Shown here piece after piece: positions 11,925-25,763 of a stretch of 64,000 nt of DNA (positions are counted from its first letter, which is position 1; every line of letters begins with the position of its first letter). The position numbers were made by a program, and so were the translations under genes. Under the pieces are notes generated by a model. The model saw only the letters and a list, made by a program, of their open reading frames with translations, was not told the DNA's origin and ran no database searches. Source of the DNA: Octopus bimaculoides (Eukaryota); the NCBI RefSeq assembly GCF_001194135.2, contig NC_068995.1, positions 35,789,235 through 35,853,234 of the forward strand, written 5' to 3'.

Positions 11925-12089
11925 GGGGAGGGGCTGATCTGTGTGTGTTCAATTTGTTGTCCTAACACAGTAACAGTCAAAGTAAGCCATGCTTGATGTT
12001 ATGGTCCTCATATAGCCATTACAGAAAAAGTTAAACATAATATAACACTAACATCTTAAAAGTTCGTGCTACTTGCTTAAACTAAAATA

Positions 12090-12301
12090 TGAGGGGTGCT
12101 GAAAAGTTCCTGGCTTTGGGTAAAAGAAAATACAGAAGGATCAGTTAATCATGATTTTATTCAACATATTCCTCAAATTCACACACTTGTTGCAGCAGTC
12201 CTTCAGTTTATTTAAGCCCTGTAAAAGAACTCAGAAGGTTGGGCTTCCAACCAGGTCTTTCACAACACCCTTAAAGCCAGGAACTTTTCAGCACCCATTC
12301 A
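12090..12301. mobile_element. Mariner-type MITE
   Basis: TA flanks and TIR gggtgctgaaaagttcctggcttt / aaagccaggaacttttcagcaccc. Confidence 0.9.
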
Positions 12302-12899
12302 TACTTCATCACAAATGATATTTACACTGCAGTAATACATGAAACATTGCTACAACTTGAACTGAAGGATCTTGCAAGTCCCTATTACACAAGGGTAAGA
12401 CAACATGTGTCAAACCACAGTGAAGGACTCATAAATATACATAAGACTACAAATCTACTATATAAATACTACAAAGAATATGTTAACATTAACAGAATGT
12501 GAGACAGCAAGCTGGCAGAATCATTAGCATGCTGAGCAAAATGCTTTGTTCCATTTTGTCTGTCTATATTCTGAGCTCAAATTCTGCCATGGTCAACTTT
12601 GCCTTTCATCCTTGTGGGATCAATAAAATAAGTAGAAGTTGAGCACTAGAGTCAATGTAATAGACTTACCCACTCCTCTGAACTTGCTGGCCTTGTGTCA
12701 AAATTTAAAAGCAACATTAACAGAATATGGCAACATACTTCATTTCTATCTTGAATGTTTTATAGCTTGTGTCTGTAAAAATTATTGCACTTGCCAAAAT
12801 TTTTAACTAATGATTTATCAATGCAGAGAAATCTTGAAAATTTGAAAACTGAGCAAAACTGTAATGATTCTAAAACCTAGCCAAAATACAACCGAAATA

Positions 12900-14300
12900 G
12901 CATCAAACACGTCCATGAAATTGCATACATCCTTCCTTACTTTTCACAGTCACACACTAGTATACACCCTCCCTTACACATCACCACACTTGCATACACC
13001 TTCCAAAACACCACCAATACACCATACAAAAAACTTTTTTTAGAAACACTCAACCTTGGATACACAAATCTATACATCATCCTCTCCAACATACTACATG
13101 AACAGCTCTCAACTGTTCTAGCAACACTGCTCAGAAACCTTACATAATGAATAGATGATGGCTTCAACAAAAATTAAAATTATGTGTATCCTTGTAAATA
13201 CCATCAACTTAACATTGTATTAGGAAATAACATAAAACATTAGCTTTTAACTAACTGTCAGGCCACCAACCATATACAATATGGTGTACAAAAGCACATT
13301 CTGAACCATAAATTCATCCTCTTTCTAACAGATATTTTAGATAACATCATATTCTAGTCTGTCCATAAATCATCAAACACAGCTGCACAATTGCTAGCTA
13401 GAAAACTGACTTCATAAGAAATAAGCAAAAAGATGTCTCAATCAAAAGCAACAATTGTTTTCTTATCAGCAACATTGAAAGATGCCTGATACAACCAGAA
13501 ACTCTAAAACAACTTAGAACATAATATACACACATGCAAAACACAAAAATATTAGAAATTACCAATACCTACATCCACAATGTTCACAACACACTTAGTA
13601 CAATGTACAGAAAAAATACTGACAAGCACTCCAGCTGATAAAACAGAAAAGTCACTATTCTAGTATATAAGTAGTATATTAGATTGTTCCAGTTCTACCC
13701 CGACTCACAGTTTTTCCACAACAAACTACAAAGGGAACAAAGAAAAGCCCACTTTGCTTCCCCACAGGTTGCACACATGTGCCACATCATCATCATCATC
13801 ATCATCGTTTAACGTCCGCTTTCCATGCTAGCATGGGTTGGACGATTTGACTGAGGACTGGTGAAACAGGATGGCAACACCAGGCTCCAATCTAAATTTG
13901 GCAGAGTTTTTACAGCTGGATGCCCTTCCTAACGCCAACCACCAACATAGTAAAACAAAAACACTAAAACAAAATGAAAGTACCCGTCAGATTCTGATGC
14001 AAGAAATACAGTTTATTGTTAGATGAAGCTCCAGTCTTTGTAGTCCTTGCCACATCCACAATCCCCACCAAACACTCAGATACATCAACAACACCCTTAC
14101 ACCACTGCTACTATCCTTAGAGTACTATCTCTCCTATTTTTTATAGAGAAACATGCAAACAATCACATCCATCCCAAAATAGCCTTAACAAACTCATAAG
14201 CCCACCACCATTACCACCCTCAAAAAACACATTGCTGAGAGGCACAGCACTAGTAGAAGTTGATAATACCATTTTTTCTGACATACAAGTTTAAATAGTA
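12900..14300 (+). mobile_element. Decayed Penelope-like retroelement relic (with a CAT-tailed element inserted at ~13790-13945)
   Basis: C/A-rich decayed coding texture. GYTNLYI...**IDDGF matches Penelope RT 'SYANLFM...YIDDGF'. Confidence 0.55.
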
Positions 14301-15719
14301 TAACAGTGTACATATGTAATATAAATATAAACATTCAAACATCACCACCATCTTTCCAAATACTGCTGCATTTCACATAGAATTTTTGGTTCTCTAAATT
14401 CATCTTGATGTAGAAGTCAACCCACCTTTTCAGCTGTAAGGTCTGAAAAGTTCATGTTGTAAGCCAGAAAATAAATACAGCAGTTGCAAAATAACAACTA
14501 TCGTATTCCAACCAAATCACCTTGCCTAGGTAAAGGCATTTTATATCTACAATAATGGATCAGTAAACCATACTTGATTATTTCACAGATAATCCAGGTA
14601 GTCAAAGACAGACCTGAACTGATCTGGGGCTCAGTATTATCATTGTGAATATTAACACAAAGTATAGCAGAACAAGTCTGTGAAAAAGCAGAATGTATTG
14701 TTATTTTGATCCAACAGAACTATTCCAGCCATAATCATACCATTTTTAGCTGATGGCAGAGTCCATCCAGGACCACAATACAAAATGTACCCTTTTTCCT
14801 AAGACGGCTGAGTGTGATTTAAAGGATATTAAGATTCAGACTCCCTAATTTTAACAGGTTGAGCAACCGTGTAGAGGCCTCTTCACTGACTCTTATTTAG
14901 TCTAAGTAAACATAAATGCTGATAGCATTCAGACTTCATATTTAACACATTCCAGACATTCTGGAGAGAAACAACTAGATGTGGTGGTCAGTGCAGAGAA
15001 ATAGATGAGGGTAAGGGGCAAACACAATATATGTAACAAGAGAAGAGAGATGAATGAGTAAAGAATGCCCCACAAGACCTATCAAGAAAGGCTATAGAAC
15101 CAGCAGCAGTATAGGTGTAGAGAGAGAGGGGGACAGCATATCACAGGTTGGTGTATCTTTTAAAATAATAACTCCATATTAACTTAATACTGTTGCTTTT
15201 CCGAATAAGGAGAAGTTATTTATTAGTGTTGCATATTCAAGCACCCTTCACTTCATTTACAAAAACAACAAAATTAAGAAATTATTAGAGGAATGAAATA
15301 TATCAACTATGAAAAGGATAATTATACAGTAAAAATATTGAATATTTGAACTAATTAATAGTTAATAATATATACATAATGATGTCTAGCATTGGCACAA
15401 GACTACACATTAGGGAAGCGATAAAGTCTATTACAATTATTCCATCTAAGCAATTTCACTGTCAAGACTTGGGTCAATCCAAGATAATGTTAAGATACCA
15501 CACAATGGGATTGAACCTAGATTTCATCACAGCTAAGAAAAGTTCTTAACCACACAATCATTTCAGCAGGTAAAAGTCCACTGGCTGGATTGTACCTGTG
15601 ATTTAAAGGCCTAATCCAGTCACACTGCATTATACTAACTGGACCTAAGAATTACCTTAAGAGTACATATAAAAAAAAGAAAAAGAAAACTTGTTATTTC
15701 AAGTTTTATAATTTTTTTC

Positions 15720-16180
15720 CAACAAGACTCAGAGTGTACAAGTTCCTGCTGATTTCAATCCTTCAGTATGGGTGTGAAAGCTTGACTCTTACAGCTAACA
15801 TAGAGTGAAGGCACTACACATCCTGCACACAGAGTACAAAATGAACAGCTTTGTCAGGCAGCAAGTTAACAAATATACGAGTAGGCAGGAACCACTTCTT
15901 GCACAAGTAAAAAGACAAAAGCTTGCCTGATACAGTTATGTATTCCACTACAACTCTGTCCAAAACCATTCTTCAGGGTACAGCTGAAGAAGGGTGAAAA
16001 AGAGACAGAGAGAAAATCCTGGTTTGACATCAAGGACTGGGCAGGTCACAACACTGCAAATCTGCTATGCATGACAGAGAACAGAGACCAGTGGTGACAG
16101 CTGACTATGAAAGCATCTAGAGTGACACTCCAATGACTGGCTGCATCAGTTATGGGATCTTGACAATGAGGATGATGCTT
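15720..16180 (+). mobile_element. 3' fragment of RTE/BovB-like LINE
   Basis: Decayed frames read ILQYGCESLTLT..., KRQKLA*YSYV, SKTILQGT.E.G, KSWFD.IKDW. Confidence 0.8.
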
Positions 16181-17229
16181 GTGAAATAATAAGGTAAACG
16201 TTAATCTAATTTATCAAATAAGACAGTTGAAGGATGCAACTGAAAACTGACTAAGAAAACCAACAAAGAATTCATTATACTTATTAATTTCAGAATCAAG
16301 AAAGAAAAAGTTGACCTTCATATGATTTGAACTCTGAATGTTAAGAATCAAAAATAAATGCCACAAGGCATTTGTGTTATGTTCAGAGTGAAATTGGCAG
16401 CACATTGAAAAATGAATACTATGGCATTATCTGCAAGAATACTGCTCACAGAAATACTTTATTTGAGGAACAATAGACAGTAGGGCTCTGTAAACTTTGT
16501 ACAGATCTTTTTTGGCAAGGCATCAGGAAATTTTGTTATAATTTGGGAGACAAGAAAGCTTACAGACGAGGCAATAGTTTATGGCAGTATGCAATGTTTA
16601 GTAGCAGCAGTATAGAGATACAGAATTTTCTAAAACTTATTAATGACTTGTAGGGACCCTGTATTTTGTTATGTAATCATAATATACTACAAAGTATGTT
16701 AAATGCTTTTATAAGACAATACTGTGTTCTACTGTATTAGCAGTGCTATTAAATCACTTGTTAAGGTTGTCTCTACAAATTTTCTATAGAAATTATAACC
16801 AATGCTGTCACTTGTTAAGATTATTTTCTAACACTGAATGGAAAAAATGCCAGCCTTTGTGATGAAGTCTAGGCCAGTTAATAATATATAGGATAATTTA
16901 ATTAATATTAACAGTATCATTATCTACAAGGTTGAGCTCATTCATACATTGTATAATATGCCATCAATTATAAATCCAGCCAAAAATCATAGAAAAGCCT
17001 GTATAACAATGAAGACTTGTAATTAGCAAGAGTTTACATATGATGACTTGTATATTTATTCTTAATCTGTTCTGGCAGATTCAACACTGTTGAGTTTCAT
17101 CACTGGAAAGCAGCTTCACTTTTACAACAAATATACACATAATATATGTATATGTCATAATAGACTCAGCTCATTTGTACCCAATGATGTCGAAACATTA
17201 AACGTCCCGGGATTCAAGTATGTCATCTT

Positions 17230-17612
17230 ATACTTGCTTCAGTCATTAGACTGTGGCCATGCTGGGGCACCACCTTGAAGAATTTTAGTGAAATGAACTC
17301 ACCTCAGTACTTATCTTTAAAGCCTGGTACTTATTCTATCAGTCTCTTTTGCCAAACTACTAAGTAACAGGGCCATAAACACATCAACACCAATTGTCAA
17401 GCAGGGTGGAGTGGGAGGGACAAACACAAACATGCACATGCACACACAAAGATATACGATGGGCTTCCTTCTGTTTCTGTCAATCAAATCTACTCACAAG
17501 GCTTTGGCCAGCCCGAGGCAATAGTAGAAGACACTTGTCGAATGTGTCACACAGTGGAGCTGAACTCAGAACTATGTGGCTGAGAAGCAAACTTCTTACC
17601 ACACAGCCACAA
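17230..17612 (-). mobile_element. SINE family A copy
   Basis: Similarity to 525-939. Confidence 0.85.
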
Positions 17613-17705
17613 ATACATATGTGTTGTAAAGGAAAAGTTGTTCTTCTATGACAAAACACAATAGTGACTAGCATACTCATGTTCAAATCTGCCTAAATGT
17701 ATTAA

Positions 17706-18349
17706 CCCTTTAGCATTTAAACTGGTCATATCCAGCCAAAATATATTTTATGTTCAAAGCAGCCAGATCCAGCCTATCACACCTAACCTTCAATGTCATT
17801 CTAAAAATATACAATCACACCCCCTCCTCTATAAAAAGACACCTGTTTCTGCCTCTCTCTCTGTCACACTCTAACCTTTCATCGTCTCTAACAAAATCCC
17901 CTCTTCCAATACCTCCTTCCCTCTCAAATTCCTTGTCTTGCAAGTAACTTGGTGACCCTGCCAGTGTTGGTGCCATATAAAGGACATCCAGTCCACACTG
18001 TAGACTCTACAGTGTAGAGTGATTGGCATTTGGAGGGGCATCCAGTTGTAAAAACCATGCCAAAACTGACCTCGCTCATGCTGGTGCCACACAGTCTGGT
18101 TGGTGTTAGGAAAGGCACCCAGCTGTAAAAACTCTGCCAAAACAGACACAGTAGCTTGAAGTAGTTTTCTACTTAGCCAGCTCCCGTCGAACTGTCCAAC
18201 CCATGCCTGCATGGAAGGTAAATGTTAAACAATGGTGATAATCATCATTATCATCAAAATTTTGAAGTTACAACATATTGCATGATTTATTAAAAACAAT
18301 GTGAATGAAAAGGCATTATATTTTACAGAATAATCTAAACGCTAAAGGG
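17706..18349. mobile_element. TTAA-flanked CCCTTTAGCATT MITE carrying an internal CAT-tailed element
   Basis: ttaa|ccctttagcatt ... gctaaaggg|ttaa. Confidence 0.85.
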
Positions 18350-21300
18350 TTAACAATAAAGATAGAAGGCATTATTTTGAATCTTACTGTTCACTGTACA
18401 AGTAACAAGTAGGCAGATCAGCTAAATTTACATAATTCTCATACTAATAGAAATCCTTGGTAACACTGAATCTCACTTAGTATCAATTTGTAAGGCTTCT
18501 AGTGTCTCCCAAAGTATGCAACGTACATAAATCAATCGAAGTATCACAGCACAAAGAAACTGTGTAAAATATGCACTGTTAAATATAAATGAAGTACTTA
18601 AAGATCAGTCTTGTGTTATTGTTTAGACTGATACTTCTCATGAAATCAATGAAACATTGATAAAATAAGGTGAAAATATAAGTAAAGAGATAGATAAATA
18701 AATAGAAAATGACAACCTTAACTGAAATAAAAAGCTGATGAATTGGTTTCATTACTGAAAGCATCAGCTCAGTAAGACCAGAATTTCTACTAAAATACAG
18801 TAATAAAATAAACTTGATGCACATCAACCATCTTTATGTTCTCCCTATAAAAGCTGAATAAAAAAGATTTACAGCATTAGTATTGCCAAAGACGTGTGTG
18901 TGTGTGCATGTAATGTGATAACACTTGATTCTAAGAAGTTTATATGCATGGATGTGTGTATTTTAAAAGACATGTTCATGACAGGACAATAAAATACACT
19001 TTCTTTAGAGCCCATTATTCGATTACTGGCATATATATATATATNNNNNNNNNNNNNNNNNNNNNNNNNNNNNNTTATATATACATGTATGCATAAAATC
19101 TGCTGCAAAATGTTACAAAATGTGTACAATTGTGTGTGTGTTGAGAGAAAATTCAAAGGATCTTAACCTAAATATGAAAATGAAATAAATTCAAAAGAAA
19201 TAATTTAAATATTTTTCAATGGAATCAAAGGTGGCAAGCTGGTAGAATCATTAGCATGTCAGTGCCAGGCAAATTGCTTAGCAGCATTTCATCTGTTTTC
19301 ACATTCTGAGTTCTAATTCTGCCCAAGTAGACTTTGTTTTTCATCCTTTTGGGGTTGATAAAATAAGTACCAGTTGAGCATTGTCGTTGATGTAATTCAC
19401 TTACCCTCTACCTTGAAATTGCTGGCCTTGTGCCAAAATTTTAAATCAATATTTTTCGATGGAATCCACTTGTTTCTGCATCTCATTAGCAAATTAACAT
19501 TTGAATGCCATCATATAAATATTCCTGGCTTCTCACAGTTTGTAAAATATTTTTTCTTTCTCAGCCCAGGTTTGATTTTGGAATAAAAATAAAATGGCCC
19601 ACAGTGGATGGGGGCTGTATGTGAAGGTGTGATGATTTATGTGAAACCACATTCAAAATACACCATCTTTGCAATACCAGTAGTGGGATGTGGGATATTG
19701 TTATGAAGGAACAGCTCTCTCTCTCTCTCTCTGAAAGTTATTTTTACATATTTATTTTCTTTGAATAAATAATCATAATATTGAGTGTTTCTCTACTTCA
19801 AGTCAGTTAACAAGATGGCAAGATGCCCTCACAATCCCCAAAACTGTTACATTTTTTGAGCCAATGGTGGTGAGAAGGTTCACATGGACAAAGCCATTTA
19901 AAGCGTTTTTCTTTTGATACAGTCAAAACATAAGATCATAGTTTTGTCTCCACTTTTACTTTTGTATCTTTTAATAGTTTCATGCAGTCATTAGACTGCA
20001 GCCATGCTGGAGTACTGCTTTGTGGTGGGAGGAGGAGATAGTCAAACATATTGCTCCCCTCTCCACCATCACCATACTTTTTATTTACCATACACACATG
20101 GGCTTCTTTCAATTTCTTATTTCTTTATTGCCCACAAGGGGCTAAACACAGAGGGGACAAACAAAGACAGACAAAGGGATTAAGTCAATTACATCGACCC
20201 CAGTGCATAACTGGTGCTTATTTAATCAACCTCGAAAGGATGAAAGGCAAAGTTGACTTCAGCGGAATTTGAATTCAGAACGTAATGGCAGACGAAATAC
20301 CGCTAAGCATTTCGCCTGGTGCGCTAACGTTTCTGCTAGCTCACTGCCTTTCTTTCAGTTTCTGTCAACCAAATTCATTCACAAGGTATTGATCAAGCCA
20401 AAATTATAATAAAAGACACTTGCCAAGGTAGGACTGAACTCAGAACTATGTGGCAGGGAAATAGACTTTTTACCACACACCCATACCTACAACTTACAAT
20501 GGAATAACATTTTGTCATCATCAAAGAGACCCTGAAAGTCTAGTAGCAGTCTGTGCTTTGCATTAGAAGGGGTTGGGTGCTGAGAAAAGAAGTGTTGGTA
20601 CCCACCTTGCTTTTAACTTATACACTTGAAGGTCGATATGTAAAATGCAGACAACTGTTGTTTTTAATCTTTTATAACTATTAACCCTTGCTACAATTTC
20701 TTTTGATTAAAACAGTAATCACTATTTACTTCTTCCTCACAAGGATAATCTTTAGAGAGCTTGTATCAGTAGTTGGATAATCCTTAACATTCATCATAGC
20801 CAAGTGCTTCTCTACCTATACAAAACAATGTGCACTATTTTTTACAGTGTTAAACAAAGTGAAAAAACTTGTGTAGATTCCATCCATATGGCATTCAATA
20901 TCAGCTGAAGTAATACTTTCTTTGATGAAAAATTAGATAACATTTTTGACATTTTGAAAATAGGTCTGCTATATACTGTTTTAACAGTGATAAAAATATA
21001 ATGCATTTGAATGATTCTATTCTCTTTTTACTTTCAAGATGTTGAAGAATGAGACTTTATGTTTCAACCCCATTTCATATTTTTGTAGTTGTGAGATTGA
21101 TGACTTTTGGACTGTCCTTCACATATGTTCTATTTATTGAAGCTGATACTTCATATTTCATATCTCAGTTTCATGTCTCTAATTCTCAGACAAAATATGA
21201 GCAATACAAGAGGGATCCATTATTTCAAGTATATAGAAAAACTAAAATGAAATGGGAGCTTTGATTGGGTGCAGAAGAGTGACTATTTTTTTTTTTAATT

Positions 21301-22281
21301 ATGGAGATAGTGAAATGGAAAAATAAAGCAGTAGAACATGAAAAAATAAAAAATAGTTATGACAAGTGATGAGTCTTGGTTAGGGTTTCAAAAGATGCAT
21401 TCATTTATTACCAGTTGGAACAAAATCTGAAAGATAATGATAACTGACATAGTCGCAAAATGGTATGGTGGATAATATATACACATGAACGCATATACAC
21501 AAAAACAAACAAGCACATATGTATTAAAATGGTGGCTGTGATATGCATATACTACTTGGGCAAACCTACTTCCATGTATTTCTATCCAAAATGAAGCCAC
21601 CTATGAAGTTTAACTTTCAGTTCATGTCTACGAAATTCACTTGCAAGTCATTGGTCAACCCAGAGCTACAGTCAAAGACACTTGTCAATGTGATATGCAG
21701 TAGAAATCAACTCAGAATCATGTTGTTGAGAAGCAAACTTCTTACCACACAACCATCCCTGCAACTTACAATGGAATGAATAACATTTTGTCACCATGAA
21801 AGAGATTCAGAAATTCTCGGAACATTCTGTGCTGTGAATTGAAAGGGGGTGGGGTACTAAGGAAAGAAGTGTTGGTGTCCACCTTGCATTCGGCTTATCA
21901 ATTTGAAGCTCAATATGTAAAATGCAGATGATTTTGAAAGGCATGGGATAACTCATTTAACATACTGTTTAGTCTGTTATCTTTACTGAGTTACGTTATT
22001 TTATGTAAAATGTCATCTCTTCCAAAGACATGTTCGTATTAAGATATTCATCTTAATAAGTATGACATTTTCAATTGTTTCCACAGTCACATGCACTCAA
22101 CCAGTATTCACTTAATAGAGCCATTAGGTGATCCGCTCCTGTTACAGACAATCTCTTGTCAATACTTTGCTTCATTGCATGTAGAATTTGATAGGTCTCC
22201 AAACCTACTTTGAGACATTTTAGTTGATTCTGCTTGTAAGAAACTTTCCTCCTCACAAGAACTCATACACCCATCCCTTAA

Positions 22282-22937
22282 CCCTTTAGCATTTAAACCA
22301 GCCATATCCGGCCTTAATATTTTATCTGTGTTATGTTCTAACTTACCAGATTCAGAGTTTCATACCTAGACTACAATGTCATTCTAAAAAGAAACAGTCA
22401 CATCATTGAAATCTCAAAGTTACGAGTTAATGCATGATTAATTCAAAACAACCATCATCATCATCATTGTTTAACGTCCGCTTTCTATGCTAGCATGGGT
22501 TGGACGATTTGACTGAGGACCGGTGAAACCGGATGGCAACACCAGGCTCCAATCTGATTTGGCAGAGTTTCTACAGCTGGATGCCCTTCCTAATGCCAAC
22601 CACTCAGAGAGTGTAGTGGGTGCTTTTACGTGTCACCCGCACGAAGGCCAGTCAGGTGGTACTGGCAACGGCCATGCTCAAAATGGTGTACTTCATGTGC
22701 CACCTGCACAAAAGCCAGTCCAGGGGCACTGGCAACGATCTCGCTCGAAAATCCTACGAAGGCCAGTCAGGCGGTACTGGCAATGGCCACGCTCAAAATG
22801 GTGTATTTTATGTGCCACCCACACAAGAGCCAGTCCAGGGGCACTGGCAACAATCTCGCTCGAAAATCCTACGAAGGCCAGTCAGGCGGTGAATAAATAA
22901 ACATTGCATTTGACAAAGTAATCTGAATGCTAAAGGG
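22282..22937. mobile_element. TTAA-flanked MITE carrying a CAT-tailed RTE-related element (22455-22890)
   Basis: ttaa|ccctttagcatt ... aatgctaaaggg|ttaa. Confidence 0.88.
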
Positions 22938-23229
22938 TTAAACTTTTCATATATATCTATCTCAGCTCATCAAACTCCATAATGGGGAATTCCAGTCAAA
23001 CATCTTTCTCTTGTTGTGGATTAAAATTGTAAGTTTCTTGTTAAATTCTTCAGTGACTGCTTCACGAGAAATATCAAATCTGTGATGCATATTTAAACTG
23101 TATCTGTGCAGTTTCTACTATTCTCTAATGCCTTGACAGTATTTAATGCTGTTACCTCCTGTATACTCAGAGAGAGTGATTACATCTTAGATACCTCTTA
23201 CAATTCATACTTTCCCTCAGAAGCCTCCT

Positions 23230-23419
23230 CTTATCTTTTACTTGTTTCAGTCACTAAGCTGCAGGCATGCGGGGGAACTGCCTTGAAGAATTTTTAGTCA
23301 AATGAATCTAGTACTTTTTTATAAAACCCGGTACTTATTTTATCAGTCTTTTCTAGCAAACCTGTAAGTTACTTGGACATAAACATAACACTAATTATTG
23401 GTGACAAACACAGACACAA

Positions 23420-23480
<61 letters not shown>

Positions 23481-23640
23481 CTCTCTCTCACACAAACACA
23501 TATGATGGGCTTCTTGCAGTTTTTGTCTCATAACACTTTGGTCTATAGAAGATACTTGCCTAAAGTGCCATGCAGTGGAACTGAATTCAGAACCATGTGA
23601 TTGGGAAGCAAACTTCTTACTACACACTACGCCTGCACCT
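23230..23640 (-). mobile_element. SINE family A copy
   Basis: Similarity to 525-939. Confidence 0.8.
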
Positions 23641-24859
23641 ATCCTTCATCATTTTTGAAACTTTAATCATCTAACAAGATTTACAAAGCCAACCAGCAAT
23701 TTTGTTGGTCAATCTGAAGTTTACGCTTTGTTCTAATCACACCATTTACTCATTAACTTCTCCATGACTCATCCGGAGAATTCTTGAATTCGTTAGCTTA
23801 CAACATTCTGGGATACTCTAAATTCTTCATCTCTTACACTAAGTTCTTGATTGGATTAAGGAATTACGTAATGAATTGAAAATCATAATTCTTTAAAAAG
23901 TGTAAAATGTAATAGTTTGTAGAATCGCAAAAACAAAAACAAAAAAAATCAAAAAGAAGGAATTAAATGGAAAGAATATAAAAGAATAAAACATTTATGT
24001 AGAAAGAGTGAAAGTATGAGAGAATGAGAGCAAATTAATAGAGGAAAAGAAGAAAATGATTTCTGAAACAAGAGAGAAAGAAAGGAAAAGGAAGAATGAA
24101 AAGCTAAATGAAAGATAAACATTAAGAAAATCTTTCAGGATCAGAATATTGTAAATAAGAAATCATTAAAGGGGTTGCGCAGTTAGTTGAAGAGTGGTGG
24201 CATTGGTTATGGTGGTGATGGTATTGGTGGTAGTAGTGGTGATGGTGCTGCTGCTGTTGTTACTGATAGCATGGTGGCATTAACTGTACTGCTGCTGCTG
24301 CTGCAGTACCTGCTGGTGGTGGTGGCAGCAATAGTAGTAGTAGCAACAGTGGTGGTGGTAATGGTGGTGGTCATAATGATTTACAATAATTAACTTTACG
24401 TTGTCAAGGTCAATAGTGGGTAGCATTCACTATCTTATTATCAATGTGTGTGCACAAGAGAGACTGTTTATAATAGTATATGCCTATAGAAATGCACATA
24501 CATATATGCGCATTTAAAAGCAAATACATAGGTATCAGAAAAACGGATATGCTTTACAAAACAGACAAAAATTGTGTGCATCCCTGCATTTCACATTCAT
24601 CAAAAATTGCAACAAGATGAAGTACATTAGGATACAGACTATAAAAGCAAAGTTACTTTGTCGGTCCTGTAGACACACAAGTATATTAACCTTTTTTCAG
24701 ACACAATGTGTTTTGGTATGTGTAGCCAAAAAGACCAAAGTATTTTTTTCTGTTGAAATTGAAAATGATGGGTGCATGTAGAAAACAAAGGATAAATACC
24801 TAAAACTACTTTATAAGTATGTAAAACTATATATATCATATAGTTTTACATTACAGCTA

Positions 24860-25550
24860 CTGAAAGATGATCTCTGATTGGCTCTTACACTTCAAAACGT
24901 TTGTTGCATCAGGCCAATGGATCGGACTCAAAGTCCTTTCAGCTTGTATCACTTGAGCCAATCAATCAGCCTGAGTGTAGGAGTGATAATGGTTATGTCA
25001 ATGGTAAAACCTTCATAGAAACATTCCTAGTCAGTTAATTTATCACAATGTTATTTTAGTTGCTAGGGGTCTTCTTTTCAAAGCAACAGATTTTATCCAT
25101 TCTCCATCTGGATTGGTTAATTATAATGGAGATACAATGAATAATAAATATTTGCATGTTTTTATTCTTTTTTCTTTTTACCATATAATAATATCTACTT
25201 GGAGGATAACAGATAGTGCCAATGATCTTTGCAGGCTGTCCCAGACTGATAATGCTGATGTTCATGTTGATGTAATGATTATTTCCTTTAATCTGTATAG
25301 AGTGATTACTATAGGAAAATCATAGGCAATGAGCATGTTTGAGAAGAATGGAGTTCTGAGAAGAATGTATTAACCAGTGTTTATTGTATGTTTGGATGGA
25401 GTGAAAAAGTAACAAAGAGGAGATATTTTCATGTAATGAAACTGAGTGAAGGAGAATCAGGAACCACTGCAGAAGATGCAGAGAGTAGAAGAAATTTATG
25501 AGCAAGATGGTTGTAGTGTGTTGATGAATGAGGCTGACAATCAATTAGAA
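24860..25550 (-). mobile_element. Decayed Penelope-like element 3' relic
   Basis: Decayed peptides resembling the post-RT 'HP.H...PYSQFLRL' and 'IPLVLTFH...KH' regions, plus terminal cctgatg...aaacgttt motif. Confidence 0.45.
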
Positions 25551-25560
25551 AGGTATTTAA

Positions 25561-25763
25561 CCCTATATCATTTAAACTGGCCCAAATATTCAACCTGTCC
25601 AAACTGGTCAGATGCAGCATCTCACATACAACCTACAATATCATTCTAAAAATGAACAATCACATTATCAAAATCTTGAAGCTATAAGATAATGCATGAT
25701 TAATTTGAAATAATGTGAATAAATAATCATTACATTTGACCAAGTAATATGAATGCTAAAGGG
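25561..25763. mobile_element. TTAA MITE, same family
   Basis: ttaa|ccctatatcattt ... aatgctaaaggg; body matches the other copies. Confidence 0.8.

Larger units (their letters stand above)
20660..23900 (-). mobile_element. Fragmented Charlie/ZBED5-like hAT transposase relic, split by younger SINEs and MITEs
   Basis: Ordered decayed motifs on the minus strand: SQNVVS*RIQEFS (~23750), SVTGADHLM (~22130; cf. TDGAPAM), YIADLFSK (~20960; cf. YLADIFSK), KDYPTTDTSSLKIIL (~20760; cf. hAT dimerisation EYP...ALKIL). Confidence 0.6.

Noticed and set aside
11581-12025. Exact 101-bp duplication (11581-11681 = 11925-12025) across an N gap
   Set aside because: Identical copies on either side of a gap, each after a (TA)n tract, is the pattern of an assembly overlap or misjoin rather than a biological repeat.
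20730-20815. Exon-like segment VEKHLAMMNVKDYPTTDTSSLKIIL as an upstream Tudor-gene exon
   Set aside because: Better explained as the hAT dimerisation-domain relic within the Charlie fossil.
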